The notes below the pieces were generated by a model. That model saw nothing but the letters and a program-made list of their open reading frames with translations. It made no database searches and was not told the DNA's origin. The translations under genes and the position numbers were made by a program. DNA of 39,320 bases from an uncultured bacterium (GTDB lineage: Bacteria; SAR324; NAC60-12): contig CAXGMD010000024.1 in assembly GCA_964010765.1 (NCBI GenBank), positions 1 through 39,320 on the forward strand, given 5' to 3'. Shown here one piece after another: positions 17,823 to 26,821 of the stretch. Numbering within the stretch: the stretch's first letter is position 1; each line of letters opens with the position of its first letter.

Positions 17823-18581
17823 ATGCTTGACGCGCTCTCCTTAACCATCAATGAAGTTGGCTTCTTAGCAGCTGTTGCCTTTTGTGCCGGGCTAGTTCGA
17901 GGGTTTTCTGGCTTTGCGCTCTCAGCGCTGTTCATGTCATTGTCCGTGCTACTCCTACCTCCCATTGCACTACTCCCCGTTTGCTGGGTGATGGAGACCG
18001 TAGCCTCTGCGATTTTGGTGCGTGGTGGCTGGAAAGAAGCAGATCGGGGTATGGCCCTGGGTTTGATTGCTGGCGTTCTGTTTGGTATGCCGATTGGTCT
18101 GACCGTGACGGGCTGGTTGCCTGAGAATGACTCGCGCCTCGTTGCCTTGTTGCTGATCATCATTCTTGCGAGTTTGCAATTGGCGCGTATCCGTATCCAA
18201 GCACTAGCCAGTAAGCCTGGACTACTGGGCTCTGGTATCTTGGCAGGATTTGCAACAGGAATCGCCTCACTGGGTGGGATGGTGGTGGCGCTTTACGTAC
18301 TAAGCCAAGACCGACCTGCACCAGTCATGCGGGCCACGCTAATCTTTTATGTAATGCTGTCTTCGGTTGTTGTACTAGTATGGCTTTTGACTTTGGGAGT
18401 GATGGACTGGCTGGCTATCAAACGTGGCTTGGCTATGACTATACCCGTCACAGCTGGTGTTTTATTGGGACAGTTTATCTTTCGACCGAGTATGGAGCGT
18501 TACTACAAAACCTTTTGTCTGGTGTTGCTATTAAGCTTGGCAACGGCATCACTACTTCACACATCGGGATTTGTTGGTTAG
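17823..18581 (+). CDS. Sulfite exporter TauE/SafE family membrane protein
   Basis: AGLVRGFSGF motif, about 8 TM segments, internal two-fold repeat, MRATL motif. Confidence 0.87.
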   Translation: MLDALSLTINEVGFLAAVAFCAGLVRGFSGFALSALFMSLSVLLLPPIALLPVCWVMETVASAILVRGGWKEADRGMALGLIAGVLFGMPIGLTVTGWLPENDSRLVALLLIIILASLQLARIRIQALASKPGLLGSGILAGFATGIASLGGMVVALYVLSQDRPAPVMRATLIFYVMLSSVVVLVWLLTLGVMDWLAIKRGLAMTIPVTAGVLLGQFIFRPSMERYYKTFCLVLLLSLATASLLHTSGFVG

Positions 18582-18595
18582 TTTGAATGCAACTC

Positions 18596-18742
18596 TGAGA
18601 TTCCAGAAAATTGCCATAATGAAATAGATTCTTAAGATACCAACCAGTTCAGTCTCTCAAAAACTATTTGCGCTACACGACGAAAGCTGGTTCATCCATC
18701 CCGCATTGTGAAATCATACAAAGAATGAGATTCCAGAAAATT
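18596..18742. repeat. 17-bp perfect direct repeat, 130 bp apart
   Basis: TGAGATTCCAGAAAATT at 18596-18612 and 18726-18742. Confidence 0.85.
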
Positions 18743-18891
18743 CTATGATCATTTTTTCTCAAATTTGCTCAAGAAAAATGGTCATCCACTGAGGACTTTA
18801 TGCTCAACAATATGGAAGTTCTAATCTAATCCAGATCTATTCCTGCCTCACAGCTTATATGCGATGTACTCCATTGATCTCCACTTCTGAA

Positions 18892-19791
18892 TCAAGCCCG
18901 CCCGTCCAAGTAGCTCAGCACCGCTGGTCCATACACCGCAAAAGACTTGTAAATCTGAAGATCTTCGGGCCAGTGACGTAGTGTTTGGGCCAACTGGTAA
19001 GCTTCTGAATCCTTCAGTTCCGCCAGTGGGCACTGGAGTATCCGGATGGTAAAGAGAATGGCACCTGTCTTGGGAAGCCTGCGGAGTGTCTGGCGTTCCA
19101 AGCGCAAGAACACTTCTGTTCCAGCATTTTCTGAGGTGAGGTTGGGTGCGGCTTCTAAAACTCCATGACCTCCCGGCTGAAAGAGTGTTGGGTCCTCATT
19201 CAAGCTCCAGTTGACACGCCACATCGGCTTCTCTGGTGTCAGACGACCCATAAACTGATTCACTGGGGCATTGATCTGCTCCCTGTATCCCGGCACTGGA
19301 TCATGGATTTCGGACATCCGGCGCCCAATCTTCTCCTGTAGATTCCAACGAGTAGGGAAGCATAGTGCTGCTGCGGTCAAACGATACTCTCCAGCATCCT
19401 CGGCATCCTCTGGAACTGCCTGCATCACGCAGAGATCTTCCTGTACCAACCGCCCAGCCAATTCCAGCGGATGCATTGTTCTAACGGCCATTTCAAAAGT
19501 TGTTTGCCCAGGAGCCAGACTCTTGTCTTCCTGAATCTGTTGAAAGCGCTCCAGATGCTGTGTTTCAAGAAATGTGAGAACCAGTTCGAGTATCTCCGTG
19601 CTGGCGGCATGTGCTTCAGGGCAGGCCTGAAACACTTCATCTCGACGCTGATCGAGAAGTTCTCTCCTCAGAGCAACCTCTGTGTCGTAGCGGCCATCTA
19701 GCCAGAGCCAGTCTGCTGGAGCAAGCGGACGTAACCCCATTGTCCAGCGGTGTGGCTTTCCATCAAAAGGGAGAGGAAATGGGAAGGGCAT
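18892..19791 (-). CDS. DUF3445 / heme-dependent oxidative N-demethylase alpha-subunit family protein
   Basis: MGLRPL....WL, VQEDL, LCFPTRW..EKIG, IHDPVP, RVNW, RLERQTLRRLP..GAILFTIR motifs. Confidence 0.88.
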   Translation of the reverse strand: MPFPFPLPFDGKPHRWTMGLRPLAPADWLWLDGRYDTEVALRRELLDQRRDEVFQACPEAHAASTEILELVLTFLETQHLERFQQIQEDKSLAPGQTTFEMAVRTMHPLELAGRLVQEDLCVMQAVPEDAEDAGEYRLTAAALCFPTRWNLQEKIGRRMSEIHDPVPGYREQINAPVNQFMGRLTPEKPMWRVNWSLNEDPTLFQPGGHGVLEAAPNLTSENAGTEVFLRLERQTLRRLPKTGAILFTIRILQCPLAELKDSEAYQLAQTLRHWPEDLQIYKSFAVYGPAVLSYLDGRA

Positions 19792-20360
19792 AAGATAAGG
19801 GAAAGTGTTCTGCTACTTCAAATATCTCGTTCACTCACAGCCGGTAAACTCACGGTTTCCAAACAGTGTTGGTATTCAACTGGAGCAAACGGACTGTAGC
19901 AGTTTATTTTGGGATCGACTCAAAGGGAGTGAGAGATTTTGGGAGCTTGTGATCATGTTTTCAAATAGCCACAAATCTAAGTGAGGCTCTTGCAGGGGTT
20001 TTGATCTGAATTCAGAAAAACTTTGAAAACAATGCCCAGAGGAGGTGGATAGAGTGTGCCATGAATAAAACAAAAAGCACTGTCAGTGTTGAAGTACCTT
20101 GCTTGGCTAAACCACTAAAAAACGCCTTGAAGCCAAAAAAGTTCCGAGTTTTCTCACCAGGTCCAAATTGGGCGGTAGTCATAGTCAATTCTTGTAAGAG
20201 TAAAAACGAGATAGCGAATCAAAAATTCGATTTGAATTTACTATGATCTTAGAGTCTAAAAATAGCGAATCACAGGAATGACTACACAGTAAAGTCTAAA
20301 TTCATTTCTGAAATTAGACTTAATTAGTGGGAATTTTAGGAATCTGTTCTGCCAAGAGAG

Positions 20361-20390
20361 AAAAAGTGGGATCCTAGTAATTAGGATCCC
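20361..20390 (-). terminator. Intrinsic terminator downstream of the RidA gene
   Basis: 9-bp perfect stem GGGATCCTA/TAGGATCCC (20368-20390), then ACTTTTT on the minus strand, 28 bp after the stop. Confidence 0.7.
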
Positions 20391-20418
20391 CATTAGGCTT
20401 AAGGAAGGCCCGCAAGAT

Positions 20419-20814
20419 TCAACTACCGCTACCGATAATCGCAATGGCTTCAACCTCAACTAACAAAGAAGGAAGGACCAGTGCAGGAGTGGAGTAGGAA
20501 GCACTAGCTGGAACACCGGCTGGAAAAGCTTCATTGCGCGCTCTACTAAACTCGCCGTATTGAGACATATCAGTCAGGAATGTGTTGATCTTGATTACAT
20601 CAGCCATTGTTGCTCCAGCAACAGCTAGCAGACTCTCAATATTTTTGAAAACCTGACTAGATTGGGTGTAAACGTCCTCGCCAATCACATTGCCCTCACT
20701 GTCTAGGGCCACTAAGCCAGATGCATAGATAGTGTGCCCAACCTTTACGCCGGCACCTATATTATATTTCTTTGTCCAAGCCCATCCTGGATCTAAACGT
20801 TCTTGTTTCTGCAT
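20419..20814 (-). CDS. RidA/YjgF/UK114 family protein
   Basis: IYASG, Q...VFKNI..LL..AG..M.DVIK, catalytic-type R in ARNEAF, VEVEAIA. ATG 20814 has an AAGGAG RBS, so the ORF-track start at 20859 is too long. Confidence 0.9.
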   Translation of the reverse strand: MQKQERLDPGWAWTKKYNIGAGVKVGHTIYASGLVALDSEGNVIGEDVYTQSSQVFKNIESLLAVAGATMADVIKINTFLTDMSQYGEFSRARNEAFPAGVPASASYSTPALVLPSLLVEVEAIAIIGSGS

Positions 20815-21039
20815 ATGACTCCTTGTTGCTGAATAATCTATTCGCATAAGACACAACACCCGAAATTATTAGAAATACGGATATTAAGCAAATTTATTTG
20901 GGTCAAACAAAGGTCATTATTGACAAGGTGGGATTACTAATGTTGGACAATCACGCACACAGATCGAAAAGATATTTCTGAATACGTGACGATGCGGAAG
21001 GAAAGTGTCTCACCAAGCCTTCCGAAGCAACTTTAATGA

Positions 21040-21180
21040 CTAGAGTCCGACGATACTGTATATAGAGGAGAAGAGTTCGGGTTTCCAGAAACTAACCAAG
21101 CTCAATAACCACACCGTGCTACCAGTCAGAACGCTCCAAACCAAAATTCTCTTCCAACGACGAAAATCAGCAGGTGCCAT
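21040..21180 (-). CDS. Putative 46-aa single-pass small membrane protein (below the ORF-track cutoff)
   Basis: GAGAGG RBS 5 nt before ATG 21180. MAPADFRRWKRILVWSVLTGSTVWLLSLVSFWKPELFSSIYSIVGL: basic patch then a ~20-aa hydrophobic helix. Hairpin CGGAAGG/CCTTCCG downstream. Confidence 0.55.
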   Translation of the reverse strand: MAPADFRRWKRILVWSVLTGSTVWLLSLVSFWKPELFSSIYSIVGL

Positions 21181-21453
21181 ACAGACCTCTCATGGTGAGG
21201 GTGAACGAATACAAGCCTGATGTAGGAAATATCCACGCTGGTCAAAATTTCCCACAAATTGTCTCACTGACTGAATTTGTGAAGTGCATCAGTGATAGAA
21301 AAGTTGTATCAGCTTAGCTTCTGTGTCAGAGCATATTGCTGTAATTTTCAGATTTACAGTAGCCAACATTTATTAATAAATCAATAAATATAAATATACA
21401 TACATTTATTTATTTTTACAAATCATAAGTTATCGTCACACTATAATCAAAGG

Positions 21454-23367
21454 TTGCATAAATTGATTTCTAAACACCTGACCTCTGAATCAATCATCTA
21501 CAGTACATCAAAAAATCTCGTTCAAGAGTTTGCGAGTAGAGGGGTTGCCGTTCTTTGTCCAGAAAGTCTAGGAGTCTCTTCTGAAATCCATCAACGTATT
21601 TACGAAAAGGAAAAGAAAGCAGTTCAGGATCAGCTACGAATTACTCCTGAAGTGATTCCAGAGATTTTTGATATTTTGAACGCACCCGGATTGATCGACG
21701 CCTGTGATCGACTTGTCGGCAAAAACTGGGCGATTGTGCCTTTCATTCATAATGCTCCTTTCATCAGCGGGGCTCGTGACCAACACTGGCACAAAGACGA
21801 TAATGCTCCTTACAATGCTCGCAAACAGAGACATCACCAAGCGATCCAAATTGAGATGCTTTACTACCCACAAGATGTTTCATCAGAGATGGGACCAACA
21901 GCGATTGTACCGTTCAGCCACTACTGGACTTTCAACCACGAGGAGAACCACGATAACTTTGCAGGAGCTGATCACATTGACTTTGGTTACTTAATCGAGG
22001 GCTTGGAGAGCATACCCGTTAGTGGGCCTGACTCCAAATACACTTTGGAAGACATTATTCAGCGCAAAACCAAGCACGACCGTAGAATGATGGAAGCCGT
22101 TTCAGGGCTAAACTGGCCACTGACCAGTGTCTTTGAAGTTGCCCCACTGCGGGCCGGGAGTGTCCTTCTCTATTCTCACAACACTTTCCATCGTGGGAAT
22201 CATCGAAGAGATGATTGGCGTCAATGGACAGAAAATCCAAGGTTTATGTGGAGATTTTGGATTTATCGCACAAATGAACCCTCGGGGACGGACTCAGGAG
22301 AGGTGGACTGGTGTGAGGAGAGCGTGGATCCTCTCACAGGCTTTGATCTGACTGAGGTGAGTTCTGGAATCAAGAGCACCTGGCGTTACCACAAGCATTG
22401 GCTAGAAACTGGTAAACCACCATCGCCAAAAATCGACGATACGATCCAATCTAATGAATATCTGAAAAAACAGGCCTTACAACTCTTCGGGCAGATGCTG
22501 GAAAAAGGAGATGAAAAGGAACCCATCCGAATTGGTGCTGCTTACGAACTTGCAGCAATCAGGGATCAGGTACTTGCCAAGGTACTACTGCGGAAAACAC
22601 TTTTGAATGAGCGTGAAAGTGTCAGAAGAGCTGGAACCTATGGACTTGTCGCTCTGGGTACTGCCGCCGAAGATGTATTTTTAGAGACGATCAAATCACC
22701 AATTAAATGGCTGCGGAAGGCAGGTGTCTACGGATTGGGTGAAGTGAGTACACTGAACCAAGAAATCTTTGATGCGGTCAAGGGATGTTTACTGGAGGAT
22801 GCGTCCAAATATGTGCGTTCTGTCGCTGCGGGTTCCTTGGGGTGTCTCGGTAGACGTACGATTGCATCGGGGCAAGGACTAGAGTGGATTCCAAAATGTA
22901 TCGAGGTTCTCATCCGAAGTCTTCAGCAGGAAGAGAATCGGCTCTCCATGGATCGGGTACAAAAGAGAAACATCAAGTTCGTAAGACCAACGGATGAGTG
23001 TGATGTCTGTGAGGGAATGGGAATTGATTTTGGGATTGAGAGATTTGAGCCAGTCCGCTCGACAGTTCGTGAGAATGTCCTATGGGCGCTGGTGATGCTC
23101 TGCTCTCACGGAGAGGAAGTCCTCGGTGAAAATCTAGACTCTTTACTAGAGGAACTTAAGAAAATCATCAGAGAAGACCAGAATGTGATTTCTGTTGGTT
23201 TCGCAATGGATGCACTCAGCCGACTTGCCCACTTGAGAATTGGTGAGGAAGCTCCTTCCACCTCCATCATTGAGTTAAGAACTGATCTAGAGACGATTCT
23301 CAATTCATCACCGATTCAGTGTTGGGAATCCTTGGTTCGATCCGGGTTGAGGCCAGCGTCTCCCTAA
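21454..23367 (+). CDS. Phytanoyl-CoA dioxygenase (PhyH, Fe/2OG) domain fused to HEAT repeats
   Basis: QHWHKD (HxD), YYPQDV..MGPT.IVP.SH, distal FHRG. C-terminal HEAT units: IRIGAAYEL, VRRAGTYGL, LRKAGVYGLG, VRSVAAGSLG, VRENVLWAL. TTG start uncertain (21454 or 21463). Confidence 0.85.
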   Translation: MHKLISKHLTSESIIYSTSKNLVQEFASRGVAVLCPESLGVSSEIHQRIYEKEKKAVQDQLRITPEVIPEIFDILNAPGLIDACDRLVGKNWAIVPFIHNAPFISGARDQHWHKDDNAPYNARKQRHHQAIQIEMLYYPQDVSSEMGPTAIVPFSHYWTFNHEENHDNFAGADHIDFGYLIEGLESIPVSGPDSKYTLEDIIQRKTKHDRRMMEAVSGLNWPLTSVFEVAPLRAGSVLLYSHNTFHRGNHRRDDWRQWTENPRFMWRFWIYRTNEPSGTDSGEVDWCEESVDPLTGFDLTEVSSGIKSTWRYHKHWLETGKPPSPKIDDTIQSNEYLKKQALQLFGQMLEKGDEKEPIRIGAAYELAAIRDQVLAKVLLRKTLLNERESVRRAGTYGLVALGTAAEDVFLETIKSPIKWLRKAGVYGLGEVSTLNQEIFDAVKGCLLEDASKYVRSVAAGSLGCLGRRTIASGQGLEWIPKCIEVLIRSLQQEENRLSMDRVQKRNIKFVRPTDECDVCEGMGIDFGIERFEPVRSTVRENVLWALVMLCSHGEEVLGENLDSLLEELKKIIREDQNVISVGFAMDALSRLAHLRIGEEAPSTSIIELRTDLETILNSSPIQCWESLVRSGLRPASP

Positions 23368-23487
23368 TTGATTCGGCATTAAAGAAGCCAGCTTCACAAC
23401 CCCAAGAAACCAATCTCCGTTCACATCTTCCAGAATCCAACTCAGCACTTCGCACTCTCTCATTCAGGCTAGAGTGTAAAAGTTTGA

Positions 23488-23501
23488 CTGAAACGATTCC
23501 A
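23488..23501. promoter_or_regulatory. LacI/GalR-type operator-like site upstream of the isomerase-moc operon
   Basis: CTGAAACGATTCCA (reverse complement TGGAATCGTTTCAG) resembles TGNAANCGNTTNCA and overlaps a TTGACT hexamer. Confidence 0.35.
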
Positions 23502-23539
23502 TGATTCAGGTTTTACGACAGGCAATAAAAGGAAAAAAT

Positions 23540-24334
23540 ATGTCCTATCAATTCCCACTAGCAGTCTGTGCCGAAATGCTCTGGCAAGATAAGCCGATCG
23601 AGTGGCGTGTGAGCAAGTTGACGGAAATGGGATTTGCTGTGGGTTTATGGAATTGGCCAGCTCATGACCTGTACAAGCTTGAGAAAACCAAGGCCAATTT
23701 TTCAATCATGAATGGCTACCTGCGAGGACGTCTTGCTGACGATGAGGGAGCAGCAGAACTCCTTGCTACAGCAAAAGAGACCATTGTTGTTGGGAAACGA
23801 CTCAACGTGGATCGACTGAACCTCCATGGCACCGGTTTGGGCGAGGGAGGATTGCCAGTACAACCTTGTGAAACAGTAACTGGAGCGATGTGGCTGAAAG
23901 CTGTGGATACACTAAATCGTGTCGCAGACCTGGCTGACAAAGAGGGAGTTGTCTTTGCTCTTGAAAATCTGAACCTGCCGGTGGACCACCCAGGAGTACC
24001 TTTCGCTTTGGCGGAAGACACCCTAGCTTTGGTTGCTGCAGTCAACCGCCCCAATTTGAAGCTCAATCTGGATTTATATCATGTGCAGATTGGCGAAGGG
24101 AACCTGATTGAAATGTGCCGAAAATGTCTACCCTACATTGGTGAAATCCAAGTTGCCGATGTGCCAGGTCGGAAGGAACCTGGAACTGGAGAAATCAATT
24201 ACCCAAAGATTGCCGAAGCTCTCTATCAAATGGGCTACCGGGGACCTGTTGCCATGGAAGCGTACGCATCTGGTGATCCCGAAGAGGCAATTGAAGCATT
24301 TCAAAAGGCATTCACAATTGCTGATGCTCGTTAA
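23540..24334 (+). CDS. Hydroxypyruvate isomerase (Hyi)-like / xylose-isomerase TIM-barrel protein
   Basis: LENLN..VDHPG, LNLDLYH.QIGEGNL, EIQVADVPGR.EPGTGEINY, GY.G.VAMEA. ATG 23540 with AAGGA RBS. Confidence 0.88.
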   Translation: MSYQFPLAVCAEMLWQDKPIEWRVSKLTEMGFAVGLWNWPAHDLYKLEKTKANFSIMNGYLRGRLADDEGAAELLATAKETIVVGKRLNVDRLNLHGTGLGEGGLPVQPCETVTGAMWLKAVDTLNRVADLADKEGVVFALENLNLPVDHPGVPFALAEDTLALVAAVNRPNLKLNLDLYHVQIGEGNLIEMCRKCLPYIGEIQVADVPGRKEPGTGEINYPKIAEALYQMGYRGPVAMEAYASGDPEEAIEAFQKAFTIADAR

Positions 24335-24366
24335 TTCAAGAATATAAATACCGATACAAGGACATC

Positions 24367-24678
24367 ATGACCAAATGGGTTCAAGTCTGTGCTGCTGATG
24401 ATATTGAAGAAGAAGATGTGATTCGCTTTGATCACGGTGATCGAACGTTTGCGGTCTATCGTTCTCCAGATGATGAATACTACGCTACCGATGGTCTGTG
24501 CACTCATGAAAAAATTCATCTGGCCGATGGCCTCGTGATGGATAATGTCATCGAATGCCCAAAGCACAACGGCAGGTTTGACTACACCGATGGTAGCGCA
24601 TTGGGAGCCCCCGTTTGCGTAAATCTACAGACTTATCCTGTAAAGGTAGAAGACGGCCTCGTATTTATCAGCTTGTAA
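24367..24678 (+). CDS. mocE: Rieske 2Fe-2S ferredoxin, MocE-like
   Basis: CTH...CPKH Rieske ligands. DVIRFDHG.RTFAVYR and HLADGLVM match the MocE family as I recall it. AAGGA RBS. Confidence 0.88.
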   Translation: MTKWVQVCAADDIEEEDVIRFDHGDRTFAVYRSPDDEYYATDGLCTHEKIHLADGLVMDNVIECPKHNGRFDYTDGSALGAPVCVNLQTYPVKVEDGLVFISL

Positions 24679-24693
24679 AGCAAAGGTAGTCTG

Positions 24694-25914
24694 ATGGAGT
24701 CCCTCACGATCATTGGTGCCGGTGAAGCAGGCACCCGAGCTGCCCTCCATTTGCGAGAAAGCAACTGGGATGGTGAGATCGTTTTGATTGGCCAGGAACC
24801 CCACACACCCTACGAACGCCCTCCCCTTTCCAAAACTTTACTCGCCGAAGGCATTCCACCTCCCTTGTTATCCTCTGCCGAGCAGCTGCAAGAACTTCAA
24901 ATCCAATTTCTACAGAGTAGCCAGGTCGCTGAGATTGACCGTCAATCCCACCGGCTGCGACTCCAAAATGACGAGTTCTTTCCTTACAATAAATTATTGA
25001 TTGCCACAGGAGCGAGTGCTCGCAAACTGACCTGCACCGGAGGTGAGCACGCTCTTGTTTTGCGTAATCTGGACGAGGCCCTTGCATTTTGTTGCTTGCT
25101 GGCTCCAGGCAAACACCTGATTCTGATTGGAGCAGGTTTCATTGGCTTGGAATTGGCGGCCAGTGCCCGAAAGGTAGACTGTAAAGTAACTGTTTTGGAG
25201 ATGGCGCAAAGAATCCTTGGACGTGCTGTACCGCCCGAGGTTGCGGAGGTTGTTGCCTCTGAACACAAGCGACAGGGTGTAGAGATTCGATGTGATATCG
25301 AATTGGATCAGATCCAGGCATCGAAAAGTGGCTACACCATTGAATTGAAGAATGGTGAGTCCATTTCAGGTGATTTGGTTGTCGCTGGAATTGGTGCTGT
25401 CCCTGAAGTTGCCTTGGCAGAAGCAGCGGGCTTGGATATCGAGAATGGGGTTTCTGTCAATGCGTTCCTGCAGACCTCGGATCCAGATATTTACGCGGTA
25501 GGTGACTGTTGCTCCTTTCCTCATCCTCTGTATGAGCAGCAACGTATGCGCCTGGAGATGTGGCGTTGCGCCCGAGATCAAGCAGAGTGTGCCGTGCAAA
25601 ATCTTTTGGGGGAAACTAAGGAATTCAGCGCTATCCCATGGTTCTGGAGTGATCAGTTTGAACTCAGTTTGCAGGTGGCAGGGCTTCCTTCTTTTGCAAA
25701 ACGAGTCATCCCACGAACCCGACCGGATGGAGTAACGATCTATTTCGGATTGAATGATCAGGAACAGTTGGTTTCTGCAGCTGGAATAGGAACTGGAAAC
25801 AGTGTCGCCAAAGATATTCGTCTAGCCGAAATGTTGATTGCTGCCCAAAAAACGATGAATCCAGCAGAACTCTGCGATCCCAAGCTGAATCTCAAGAAGC
25901 TCTTGAAGAGCTGA
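24694..25914 (+). CDS. mocF: FAD-dependent ferredoxin reductase (MocF/HcaD-like)
   Basis: IIGAG, PYERPPLSK, IATG, IGAGFIGLE, TSDPDIYAVGD, PWFWSDQ, DIRLAEMLI. Confidence 0.88.
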   Translation: MESLTIIGAGEAGTRAALHLRESNWDGEIVLIGQEPHTPYERPPLSKTLLAEGIPPPLLSSAEQLQELQIQFLQSSQVAEIDRQSHRLRLQNDEFFPYNKLLIATGASARKLTCTGGEHALVLRNLDEALAFCCLLAPGKHLILIGAGFIGLELAASARKVDCKVTVLEMAQRILGRAVPPEVAEVVASEHKRQGVEIRCDIELDQIQASKSGYTIELKNGESISGDLVVAGIGAVPEVALAEAAGLDIENGVSVNAFLQTSDPDIYAVGDCCSFPHPLYEQQRMRLEMWRCARDQAECAVQNLLGETKEFSAIPWFWSDQFELSLQVAGLPSFAKRVIPRTRPDGVTIYFGLNDQEQLVSAAGIGTGNSVAKDIRLAEMLIAAQKTMNPAELCDPKLNLKKLLKS

Positions 25915-25948
25915 CCCGCAAACATCACCCATCTCTTTGACTCTGTAT

Positions 25949-26737
25949 ATGACTAAGGTCGTTTTCCTCTCTCATGGAGGAGGTCCCCTACCCTTGCTGG
26001 GCGATCCCAATCATATTGAGCTGATTCAGCATCTTCGGCAGCTCTCGCAGGACTTGGAAGCGCCTAAACAAATTCTGGTGATCAGTGCCCACTGGGAGGC
26101 TAGTGTGATCCAGATTACACATCACTCCAATCCTCCACTGCTTTACGACTACTACGGCTTTCCAGAGCAGTCCTATCATCTTGATTATCCAGTTCCCGGT
26201 TCACCAGCGCTAGCAGAGGCCGTCCAGGGGCAACTCAGAAAACAAGGAATCGCTGCGGAGTTGGAGCAAAGCCGCGGACTGGATCACGGCGTATTTGTAC
26301 CGTTGATGCTGATGTATCCTAACGCCGACATTCCCTGCATCCAGGTTTCCCTGCAGCAGAGTCTTGACCCATTGGCCCATTTGCAACTCGGGCAGGCCCT
26401 GGCTTCTCTGGATCAGGAAGGGTTACTGATTCTCTGCTCAGGGTTTTCCTTTCACAACATGCAGGCTTTCTTCCAGCAGGGTGCAGGAATTCCAGATGCC
26501 AAGAATTTGGCTTTTGAGACTTGGCTGAAGGAGACTCTGAACAATCGTGACTTCTCGGAAACAGAGCGGTGGGAACGCCTGCGGAATTGGGAACGCGCTC
26601 CAAACGCAAGATACTGTCGCCCTCGAGAGGAGCACCTGTTGCCGCTGCTTGTTTGCTATGGTGCTGCTCAACGCCCTTGTAAACGAGTAGATACCGTTAC
26701 AGTACTGGGCAAGCAGGCTAGCTTCTTCATCTGGTGA
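25949..26737 (+). CDS. DODA-type (LigB/YgiD-like, class III) extradiol ring-cleavage dioxygenase
   Basis: SHGGGP, ISAHWE, YDYYGFP, RGLDHG, SFHN, EEHLLPL. ATG 25949 preferred. Confidence 0.9.
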   Translation: MTKVVFLSHGGGPLPLLGDPNHIELIQHLRQLSQDLEAPKQILVISAHWEASVIQITHHSNPPLLYDYYGFPEQSYHLDYPVPGSPALAEAVQGQLRKQGIAAELEQSRGLDHGVFVPLMLMYPNADIPCIQVSLQQSLDPLAHLQLGQALASLDQEGLLILCSGFSFHNMQAFFQQGAGIPDAKNLAFETWLKETLNNRDFSETERWERLRNWERAPNARYCRPREEHLLPLLVCYGAAQRPCKRVDTVTVLGKQASFFIW

Positions 26738-26792
26738 ACGCACATTTCTTCAGATTGATGGAATTTCCCTCCAGTAAGTGAGCTACAGGGCA

Positions 26793-26821
26793 TTGCACTC
26801 TGATCCCTGAACCGCTATAAC
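26793..26821 (+). promoter_or_regulatory. sigma70 promoter upstream of the mocD-like gene
   Basis: TTGCAC-N17-TATAAC, followed directly by the LacI-operator-like GCGCAAACATTCCC. Confidence 0.55.

Noticed and set aside
20061..20246. 61-aa Lys-rich ORF with an upstream GGAGG
   Set aside because: The SD-like motif is 15 nt from the ATG and the product has no recognisable features; too little support.
20990..21035. Hairpin followed by CCGAAG, reminiscent of a glycine riboswitch
   Set aside because: The GGAGA and CTCTCAGG elements are missing and there is no suitable downstream gene. A simple hairpin after the 46-aa ORF explains it better.
21054..21071. TACTGTATATA, resembling half of an E. coli-type LexA box
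   Set aside because: The right half lacks CAG, and the site lies inside the predicted small ORF.
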